Assembly (NCBI GenBank): GCA_002269645.1
Contig: NIVC01000696.1
Span: 407,526-471,525 of the forward strand
Reading direction: 5' to 3'
DNA length: 64,000 nt
Source of the DNA: Macrostomum lignano
Lineage: Eukaryota
Made by a program: the position numbers and the translations under genes. This document shows positions 51,201 to 61,326 of the stretch, piece by piece. The number at the start of each line of letters is the position of its first letter. Positions within the stretch are counted from its first letter, which is position 1. Below the pieces are notes generated by a model. It had not been told where the DNA came from. It did no database searches and saw only the letters and a program-made list of their open reading frames with translations.

Positions 51201-54200
51201 CAGTTATTCAGTCAGGTTTGCACTTGGCATCAGTAGCTTGCCTATTGAATTTCACTCTCCTGAATGTTCAGTTATTCAGTCAGGTTTGCACTTGGCATCA
51301 GTAGCTTGCCTATTGAATTTCACTCTCCTGAATGTTCAGTTATTCAGTCAGGTTTGCACTTGGCATCAGTAGCTTGCCTATTGAATTTCACTCTCCTGAA
51401 TGTTCAGTTATTCAGTCAGGTTTGCACTTGGCATCAGTAGCTTGCCTATTGAATTTGACTCTCCTGAATGTTCAGTTATTCAGTCAGGTTTGCACTTGGC
51501 ATCAGTAGCTTGCCTATTGAATTTCACTCTCCTGAATGTTCAGTTATTCAGTCAGGTTTGCACTTGGCATCAGTAGCTTGCCTATTGAATTTGACTCTCC
51601 TGAATGTTCAGTTATTCAGTCAGGTTTGCACTTGGCATCAGTAGCTTGCCTATTGAATTTGACTCTCCTGAATGTTCAGTTATTCAGTCAGGTTTGCACT
51701 TGGCATCAGTAGCTTGCCTATTGAATTTGACTCTCCTGAATGTTCAGTTATTCAGTCAGGTTTGCACTTGGCATCAGTAGCTTGCCTATTGAATTTGACT
51801 CTCCTGAATGTTCAGTTATTCAGTCAGGTTTGCACTTGGCATCAGTAGCTTGCCTATTGAATTTGACTCTCCTGAATGTTCAGTTATTCAGTCAGGTTTG
51901 CACTTGGCATCAGTAGCTTGCCTATTGAATTTGACTCTCCTGAATGTTCAGTTATTCAGTCAGGTTTGCACTTGGCATCAGTAGCTTGCCTATTGAATTT
52001 GACTCTCCTGAATGTTCAGTTATTCAGTCAGGTTTGCATTTGGCATCAGTAGCTTGCCTATTGAATTTGACTCTCCTGAATGTTCAGTTATTCAGTCAGG
52101 TTTGCACTTGGCATCAGTAGCTTGCCTATTGAATTTGACTCTCCTGAATGTTCAGTTATTCAGTCAGGTTTGCACTTGGCATCAGTAGCTTGCCTATTGA
52201 ATTTGACTCTCCTGAATGTTCAGTTATTCAGTCAGGTTTGCACTTGGCATCAGTAGCTTGCCTATTGAATTTGACTCTCCTGAATGTTCAGTTATTCAGT
52301 CAGGTTTGCACTTGGCATCAGTAGCTTGCCTATTGAATTTGACTCTCCTGAATGTTCAGTTATTCAGTCAGGTTTGCACTTGGCATCAGTAGCTTGCCTA
52401 TTGAATTTGACTCTCCTGAATGTTCAGTTATTCAGTCAGGTTTGCACTTGGCATCAGTAGCTTGCCTATTGAATTTGACTCTCCTGAATGTTCAGTTATT
52501 CAGTCAGGTTTGCACTTGGCATCAGTAGCTTGCCTATTGAATTTGACTCTCCTGAATGTTCAGTTATTCAGTCAGGTTTGCACTTGGCATCAGTAGCTTG
52601 CCTATTGAATTTGACTCTCCTGAATGTTCAGTTATTCAGTCAGGTTTGCACTTGGCATCAGTAGCTTGCCTATTGAATTTGACTCTCCTGAATGTTCAGT
52701 TATTCAGTCAGGTTTGCACTTGGCATCAGTAGCTTGCCTATTGAATTTGACTCTCCTGAATGTTCAGTTATTCAGTCAGGTTTGCACTTGGCATCAGTAG
52801 CTTGCCTATTGAATTTGACTCTCCTGAATGTTCAGTTATTCAGTCAGGTTTGCACTTGGCATCAGTAGCTTGCCTATTGAATTTGACTCTCCTGAATGTT
52901 CAGTTATTCAGTCAGGTTTGCACTTGGCATCAGTAGCTTGCCTATTGAATTTGACTCTCCTGAATGTTCAGTTATTCAGTCAGGTTTGCACTTGGCATCA
53001 GTAGCTTGCCTATTGAATTTCACTCTCCTGAATGTTCAGTTATTCAGTCAGGTTTGCACTTGGCATCAGTAGCTTGCCTATTGAATTTCTCTCCTGAATG
53101 GCTGTTGCACTTGGCATCAGTAGCTTGCCTATTGAATTTCACTCTCACTTTTATTGCTACTATTAGCAAGGCATGCAAGAAGGCAAGGGACACGCAAGGT
53201 ACATGATCAGTGGCAGTCAAAGGGCTGACAATCAAATGCTCGGCAGTCAAATGTGGGTTAAGTAGTCCTGTTACCATCGTTGACGCAGTATCCAGTATTT
53301 TTATCTTTCTCCGCTGACCCGTTTTCAGGTTATCATTTTCAGTCGCGAAGTGGACCTAATCACACCACTGTGCCTGCAGCGCCTGTATGCCGGATGTCTC
53401 GATGATTGCTTTCGCGTTACCAGCGGTCTGCTCGTAGTTCCCCGGTCGAACGCAGCAGCGTCTTCTGAGCCTGGTCAGCAGCAGCAGCAGCAGCAGCCGT
53501 CTAGGCTCTTCGTGTCCCGCCTTGAAGACCCCGTGTTTCGGTGCCTGTCCGATCTGCACATGGCGGCTGTTCCTGACACGTTGCGGCAGGTATGGCTGTA
53601 TGCGCTGCTTTCTATCACTGTACTTTGTTGCAGGTAACAGTTGATTGCACTGTGTCACAAGATATCCACCGATATTAAATGTCTTAAAAATGCTAAATTG
53701 CATCTTATTTGCATCGGTGCCAGAAAATTGCTGAATATTTGTTCATTTTCTGCCTGCCTACTGCACAAATTGGGTTTAAATAAATATGCAGATCTTTAGT
53801 TCACTGCAGCCAGTGAATTTGTCAATAGACCAAGTAAAAATGAGATGAGACAAATGCTGACTTGGTGTTTCCTACTGATTCCGAGTGCATGTGTCGTAAT
53901 CACCTGAAACTTTACCCGTCACCAGGTAGCTTATGACCTGAAACTTTACCCGTCCCCATGCACTGCAGGTAGCTAATGACCTAAAACCTTACCCGTCACC
54001 ATGCACTGCAGGTAGCCAATGAATGACCTGAAACCTTACCCGTCACCATGCACTGCAGGTAGCCAATGAATGACCTTAAACTTTACCCGTCACCATGCAC
54101 TGCAGGTAGCGCATAGTTTGACGAGCTTTGAGCAGCATGGCCGGTCTGCAAAGTCGGTGGCCGAAATGCGCAGCTTTGTGCAGAACGATCTTCGCGATTT

Positions 54201-55113
54201 AACATTCAAGAAGCGCTCCCTTGCCTCCCACATCACCCTGTGCGAGGAAGTGAACAAGCGCTTCAATGGCCTGAAAGAGTTTCTGCACGCAGAAGAGTGC
54301 ATGCTGATTGGCGCTGATCCGACGGACGCGTCAATGCGGCAGAGCATCGGCATGCGCAATTACTACGCCGACTACTTTGCCGAGTGCTGCGTACGCCGGG
54401 CCGACCCGCGTCACACGCTGCGCCTCATGTGCTTGCACTCGCTGGCTTGCGGCGGCTTTTCTGTTGAAGACCTCTCGCGCCTGCGTCAGGCGTTCTGCCA
54501 GGCCTTTGGCTATCAGCACGTGGCCACTTTTGCTGCGCTGCACAAGGCCGGCTTGCTGACGCCACGAGACAAAGTCGGTCACGTGGCTTCCGTCACTGGC
54601 GGTCGCCAGTCCGCTCTGTCATCTGCCGCTGTGCCACCATCGTCGGCATCTGCTGCAGCCAATGCCTCCATGGATTATCCGGCTCTGCGCAAGCGGCTTC
54701 AGCTGGTGGAGCGGGATCCCGCTAGCGCAGAGCAGGACTCCAGCCGGCTCTCCTATGCCATGAGCGGCCTGTGCGAGCCGCTGTCTGGCAAGCTTATTCA
54801 GTTAGCCTTGGAGTCTGGCAAGGGCAGGTCCAACAGCCAACAGTCGCAGCCGAGCCTCAACAATTTGCCATTCTACAAGCACCAAACACTGGCGCAAAAC
54901 CGCTATGCAGTGAACCAGTCAGCGCTAGTCGTTATGCTTGGTGGTTGCACCTACTCAGAGGTAGCTTCTGTGCGCCAGATTGCCAGCAGGTGCAAAGTCG
55001 GAATCCAGCTTCTTACCACCGGCGTTGTGGGCTGTTGCGACCTTCTTGTCCAGCTTTGTCCGACACTGGCTGTCCCAGTTGAGCCACCCGTCCAAGGGAT
55101 CGGGCTTGACTAG
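42220..55113 (+). CDS. VPS33B: VPS33 (Sec1/Munc18 family) vacuolar sorting protein; exons 42220-42382, 43123-43669, 53329-53589, 54106-55113; first coding exon not located
   Basis: HILVIDPSLMKPLDRV, LFPLDEDLLSME, IIFSREVDLITPLCLQRLYAGCLDDCF, KRSLASHITLCEE, LRLMCLHSL, FCQAFGYQH...LHKAGLL and VVMLGGCTYSEVASVR. Junction phases (2,0,0) are consistent. The A versus B paralogue assignment is not certain. Confidence 0.87.
42562..42612 (+). mobile_element. tRNA-derived SINE head fragment
   Basis: GGGGCAGGGCAGTTCAGTGGTAAACGCGTCTGACTCGCG resembles a tRNA D-arm/A box and anticodon arm; there is no intact B box. Confidence 0.35.
42618..43090. repeat. 61-bp minisatellite in the first visible VPS33 intron
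   Basis: AGGCTCAGG recurs at 42661, 42722, 42783, 42840, 42901, 42962, 43023 and 43084. Confidence 0.93.
43670..53146 (+). repeat. 68-bp satellite (138 full units plus 2 partial) making up a VPS33 intron
   Basis: Unit GTTTGCACTTGGCATCAGTAGCTTGCCTATTGAATTT[C/G]ACTCTCCTGAATGTTCAGTTATTCAGTCAG; the first unit starts at the exon donor (43670). Confidence 0.98.
53902..54110 (+). repeat. 43/47-bp tandem repeat of the 3' splice site of a VPS33 intron
   Basis: CAG|GTAGC junctions at 53925, 53968, 54011, 54058 and 54105; the last is the in-frame acceptor. Confidence 0.9.
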
Positions 55114-56019
55114 TTTAACGTGCTTATTTATTCTAACGCATTGTTTGTGTTTGTTTGCTTGCATATCCGTATGTACAAGCAAACTAATGTTAGTTAAAGA
55201 TGTTTCGCTATGCTAAAGCACACCTTTAGCCTGGATATCCTATTAAAAAGGGATATAAAATAGGCATATTATACTAGATATATTACATGCACTCAATATA
55301 AATATAGCCCGCATGTTTTTCCTGTTCATAATGACTTTTTAAGTGCAGTGTACACATTCCAATGGATGTATAATGCTTCTGGTTTATGAATATTTTTCTC
55401 ATTCTGAACGTTAACCTGTTTGTGTTGCTAGTTTGGACATTCCTACCTGATATTTACCTAAGGCAGAGATTTACAGTATTGATTAAAACGGACAATTCTC
55501 CGTCTATGCTTTGTAATATGTCGAATCTGTGAAATTTGCGTTTTATCCTTGCCTTATGAGAATGCCTATTGATAGATAAGCTTTATGGTAGGAAGTAAGC
55601 TAACAGACTTGTATATGTATTTGTGCGGCGAATTCACATTCTTATATATCAACCTATGCCGGTTAGAAGTCCACTATTGGTTATTGCGGCAAAACGGAAA
55701 AGTCACGGGCGTAATCACGCGACTCCAGGAAGCATGATTCTTTTGACGTAGCCCCACTATTCAATTCGCTTTGAGCTACTTCTGCTAGCCATTTCAGCCA
55801 TTTTCAGTGCAGATCAAAAGCCAAAAGAATTGAAAGTTTTGTTAATATGTACTACAAGCAATAAATTGTAAGACAACTAATCACATGCAGTGAGATTTCT
55901 TTATTCGGTAAAAATTTTGCGTGAAATTTATCTGTACTTTTCTTCATTTTGCCATCAGGCATAAAATTGTTTGAACACTTTTAGGTCAGGAGAGAATGGT
56001 TGAGTTAGTATTTGAAATT

Positions 56020-57620
56020 CTACTCTAGCTGCAGGAGCATTGACCCGCGGATGCAGCTTGGAGGCGGAGACCGCCCCTTTTTTCTGGCCCCTGGCGATCA
56101 AAAACTTCCATCGAAATGGTGTCGCTCAGAGGCACCTTTCGGTCTCGCCTGCAGTCCTCCTCAGCTGTCGCGAAAAACTCAGCTGGTCCCGTGTCCCTGA
56201 GGTACCGGGCGAGCAGCGGTATGCTCTCGGGCCTGAAAATGTCGGGGAGAACCGGGTTTGGCCCGAGGTCAACCGGGCGGTTGCAGATAAAGTGACTCAG
56301 CGTTTTCACTACCTGGGCGACAAAAGGGGCACTGCTCCTCAGGAAACGGTGGCGAGAGAAGCAGCCATGCCCAGACAGGGCCATGCTGACTGCTCTGAGT
56401 TTCCTGCGATTGAGCGTAAGAAGAGCTCTACGCAGGAGGGGCGAGGGCAGGAAACGGCAGCACGGGATCGCCTGCAATTCCGAGTTTCTTGCCATCTGTG
56501 GATATGCTCGGAGTCTGTCCAGCGCTTGACGCGAGATTTGCTCACCGAGACGGGGATGGCCGACTGGGGCCCGGCCCCAGAAGTGCACCGGCGGTCGAGC
56601 CAGCCTTGACCAGCAGGTCAGGGCACTCGTTGCCGAGGAAGCCAGTGTGACCCGGGATCCACTTGAGCTCTAACTACATGTCCTGCGGCAGGGCGTTGCA
56701 GTCCAGGACAAAATTGGGAGCTGTTGGTGCTACGACAGGGCCCGAAGAGCTGCTAGACTGTCGGAGTAGTGAAACATAAAATTTCCGCCCGTTGAGCTAC
56801 CTTCGGCGCTGCTCTGCCGCACATTATAACTGATGGCGAACTTACCTGCAGTGGTGTGATTCAGGTGCGAATTCGCGCCAGGCGCGAAAATGGCGCGAAT
56901 CCTGGGGGTCTGGCGCGAAATTTTGTGGAACCATGGGCGCGAAAATTGCATTCTTATTTTCTGCTTTTTACACTTATTCTCTTGTCAGACAGTATGAAAT
57001 ACAAGAATGTCATAGCTTAGGAGATTAATCTAACAAACTGAGTTCAATCTTTATCATTTTACTTCATGTCTTAGTCAACGTCGTCAATCACCAGCACAAG
57101 CAGTCGTCTGCCTGCAGACATCGCCAACAAGAAGTTCAGGCGGGACACGGCTGGGACTTGAGAGACATGCTAATTGGTAGCCAGACGCATCTTCAAAAGT
57201 GTCATCAATTGACTTATTTGGCTGTCAGTAGAATATTATTGGCATGGCGCGAAAATTTTCAGTCGGCGCGAAATTTGGCAAACTTTCCAATCACACCACT
57301 GCTTACCTGCCGCTTGCCGGGGCTTCGATCTGTCCGGATGCAGTGGGAGGCGTCGCCGCCCACGGACAGCTACTGCTGCTGTATCACTCAGGGAGACTTG
57401 GTTGTGCTGGTGTCCGCAGCAAAGTCCAGGAATAGTGAATGTTCGCTCGCCCAACAGCGGACGAGCTGGCAGAGATTCTTTGAGCTCCGCGGATGGCGGG
57501 GGAGGAACGGGATGGCTTAGTGAGACTGTCGGCAGTTGGGTATTTGCTCACCTCTCACCTACCTCTTCACTGGTTGATCCGAGCGGCGACGACGGTAGGA
57601 GCCACGGGCAGGCTTCCAAA
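56020..57620 (-). mobile_element. Decayed RNase H-containing non-LTR retrotransposon 3' part, interrupted by a hAT MITE
   Basis: Minus-strand fragments YSDSLAALRALS, ELKWIPGHTGFLGNECPDLLVK and ALLTLNRRKLRAVSMALSGHGCFSRHRF...TLSHFIC, with frameshifts. Confidence 0.75.
56849..57301. mobile_element. Non-autonomous hAT MITE (family C), 453 bp
   Basis: 13-bp TIR CAGTGGTGTGATT, exact 8-bp TSD CTTACCTG (56841-56848 and 57302-57309), and subterminal GGCGCGAA repeats. Confidence 0.9.
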
Positions 57621-60600
57621 TAAGGACCCGAGCCGGTTTTAGCTGTTTTATTGTCTGATAGCTGAAACTTCTTTTTTGAATACGGTAGATCTACTGCCGG
57701 TGTGCCAAATATTTGTAGCCAGCGATGGAGTTGGGACCCGTCAGTGAAGCAGTGTTTGCCAGCTGTCCTTTGCTTCGTGACTTAGTAATGCTGGTTTTGA
57801 GTTTGAGTTGAACGCAGCGTGGACGGGATTCCACCCGAGAGGGCCTCCCGCTGCTTCCAGGTCACGCAGGTGAGATCGCCGTAGGTTTTGATTTCTAAAA
57901 CCGAACTTGCTTTTGGGTGGGGACGCTCACGTCTGGGAGACGGCGGGTGGCCTTTAACGCTTCCGTTCGAACAAGGAGGTTAAAGGAAGACTTCCAGGAA
58001 GGAGTGCTAGAATGTACAGGGTGCCGCGCCCATGGTGGCTCGACAAGGGCGGCCCTGCATCCTGTTGAGGGCTTCAAGAACCCCTTTCACCTCCAAGGCA
58101 CTGTTTCAAATGAAGCCAGCAAAGGAGCCAGACCTGCAGTGCTAATCCAGCACAGGCGACGGGGTGAAATGAGTTCAATTTCATTGCATTTTTATAACGG
58201 TTTTTCCGATTATTTGATCCCGGGCTTTTAGATCCTTCGGCTTAATCCAAATTTTTAATCCCGAGATTTAGCCAGATATTGCGATTCCCACTGCTGCGCC
58301 GCTGCTATTCTAATGAATGGTAATTCATCTCGAACTGTTCCTTATGGAGTTTAGTGATGTTCTATTATTTTGAGTAGAATCAAATAATTTTAGCTTATTT
58401 AAAAATAGTGAAGACTAATGCAACACTCTAAATTAAACTTTGCAAAATAATTGCTCTTTCTGCGATTAATTTTGAAAAGTTTTTTTAGAAGCTATAAAAC
58501 GTGAAAATTAAAAAATGCTCACAAAAGCTCAATTAGCTGCTAAATGGCTGCTCTGCTAATGCTAAAAAATTCAACAAATTACTTTTGATCAAAAGCGTTG
58601 TTTCAGAAAGGCTTCATAAATTTGTCACCCACGATTCATGCAGAATAACCGTGGTGTCAGAATCTTAGGAAAAGAATGATTTCAAACTGCAGAGAACTGC
58701 TGCTTGCGTGCTCAAGCCTAGAAACCCTCCTCAGTCCTTGCAGCTGGCCCAGCCGAAGCGCTACTCTGAATTGGGCAACCCTGTAACTGCATCCCGTTCC
58801 ACTCAATCCCTGTGCAGAGGCTGACTGGCTGTGGAGTCAAGTCCTGGCGGTGTCGTTCGTGCAAGTAGATGCTGTTCGTGGGCCTCGCCCTTCCTGCTTA
58901 CTGGCCTCGGGCCATTGTAAACATCGGCTTCTTCAGTCGGGCCATTGTGTCTTAAGTATGGTTGGAAATCTTTTCATCGATGTTGAAAATTAACGCGAAT
59001 CATCACTTCGTCACACGCATGATTGTCTATAATACTGCTGTGTCCGTAGAGCTAAGTAAAAGTACGTGATGCTGTTCCCTATTTATAAAGTTCATTGGGC
59101 CGTGTGCTTAAAGTCTAGCAAACACTTAAATTTCTTAAAGCAAGTGGTCGCTGTTTTCTTGTGCTTCATTAGAGCCGTGCTCATCCATGTCAGTTTGACC
59201 GTAAACTAGTTGTATTGTCACCCGAGAGGATTTGCACAGACAGTCCAGAGTTGAATTTAGTCAAGCTTCAGATTTCATTGAAGTAACACCGTATGCATTA
59301 AAGCTCTGAAGTACATGTCAGGCTCCAAAGCCGGACCTCCGATCCCTGGTTGAGGCCAGTTTGTAATTCTGGCTCTATCAAAGTTATTCAACTTTAACCA
59401 TATGGTCTCGGGACCAGCAGCTTGTTGGGTTTTAATTAACGATCAAATTGAGCAGCTGTTTGCGAAATAAGCAAGGGTGCTTAAGGATTGCGTTGGCTCA
59501 GGTTTTGATGGCGAGTTCGGGTTCCGATGGGTCCAGAAACTTTTGAGCTACCAGCTATCAGGTGTCCGCCGCTGTATTCATTTGAATGGTAATCAACGCA
59601 TATATGGCCTGCTTTTGCTCTCAATGAACGCCCTGATTCCATTTGGCGTGCGAGGGTGGGACTTCTGTGTTCAGCTTCTGGATAGCAGACTTTAGACTAA
59701 GCTTTTTAATTTGTGTTCTGGCTCTGACCGTCTGAGAATGAGTTGCAGTGTGGGTAATAGCAAGTCTAATTAATAATTCTGTAGCTTTAATAGTAACAGT
59801 AGAATTTCTTTGCTATGCTATGTTTTGCTATGAAAGTTTGGAACGTTGAATAGTACATGTGGATAAGGAAGGGTAAACTGTTTCGAACTTGGATGAATTT
59901 AACTTCGTATGAACAGATAAAGTAAGCACGCTTATCACTCACAATGTCACTCATTTGGTTTGACAAATTCTTTGCGCTTGCTACGCTTTGCGCTTTACAA
60001 GAGAGACCAGCAGATCGAAGAGAAACAGAGACACTACGGTGCACACGAAATCTGCTGGAAAAATTCTTGCGCGTCCGTCACCACACAATCTGCTTTACAA
60101 GAGATCAACAGATCGAAAAAACGAAGAGGCACTGGGAACACGCAAAATGCCCAGCACCATCCCGTTCAACCCGAATTCCCAGCCTTTGCTTTCCAGCTGC
60201 CCTTTGCACGCCTGCTTCCAATTATGGGCTGTCGGAGAAGCAAGAAGAAGGAATCAGTGCTTTCAATTCTTTTTCCCTAGACTTCACTTATGTGGCATGC
60301 CCGCTCCCAATGCCCATTACTGTAGTCCTGAAGACCAAGGACCGATGCGCAGGGCAAGCGTCGGCATATTTCAGAAACTATCAGATTTAGTGGCATGCTT
60401 GTATATTCTATTGACACAGGGGCAAATGGCATTCCTTGGTCTCAGTTTACTTATTATTGTGTACTTATACAGGTAATACGGCAGATTCGTTTCACCTCGC
60501 CGTGGCACCTGAATTCCTGTTTAAAGATAAAGTGACTTTATAACTCCTGCTTGTTCAAACAGTAATTGCTCTGGCTATGTGTACACCAGCTACTTACTAA

Positions 60601-61326
60601 TCAAAGTGGTAATGCCACCCTGGCTGTTTGACCTTTGATTGTAAAAAGCCGGCAACTCTTTACGACCTCTATCTACGTAGGTTGTAGATTCTCGTAGGAT
60701 GCATCGCACTGAAGACTTTTATGGCCATTCTTGTTAGACTTTAGTACAGTTTCACAGGAGCACACAACGCTAGCTGCTTCCTTTTGCAGTTACCTTTGCA
60801 TGTGCACTTTCCTAGCTAGCCGTATAACACGATGCTTTATTTGAACTGGGTCATCGGTTTGAGTCATTGCATTGGGGTGAAAAAGATCAATGACCGTGTG
60901 CTTTTTAGCGACTTCTTTCTCAAAACTGATGAAACTGCATGGCAAACTTCTAGAATTTTGTCTTATTCAAGCTTGGAAGTTTGTCTAACTTATTCATCAC
61001 ACAAACCATCCACCAAACTTGGTCTGTGAATTCATTTCGCAGTTTCTTGTTTTGGGATTTTAGCATCAGAACAGTCGGCCAGAGATGCTCTCTCATAGTT
61101 GATTGCTGAGGCTAAAATACAGGGAATACTGAAAGCCATGCACCAAGAGCTTGCTTGCCCCATTGGACCTCAGGCGATAGTTCTGTGCATTAGATGGTAT
61201 ACCGCATACAGTCGGACTGCCCCGCCTACTAGCAGCTGAGAGATCCTAAATCAACCGGATCGAAACGCCAAGGCAAAGTAATCTGTCGGCACTTTTTGGC
61301 CCTTGACTCTTCAGCTCTATCACTGC

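Noticed and set aside
43670-53146. CRISPR-like array or repeat-encoded protein
   Set aside because: The units are contiguous and identical with no unique spacers and no cas genes, in a eukaryotic intron. The short ORFs arise only at single-base deletions.
58690-58950. Possible SINE or ribozyme-containing LINE 5' end
   Set aside because: GC-rich and repeat-like, but I could not fit A/B boxes, a hammerhead core or an HDV fold.
59944-60476. Three overlapping plus-strand ORFs
   Set aside because: No motifs. It ends at a good donor (~60472), so it is more plausibly a non-coding 5' exon of the GPCR.
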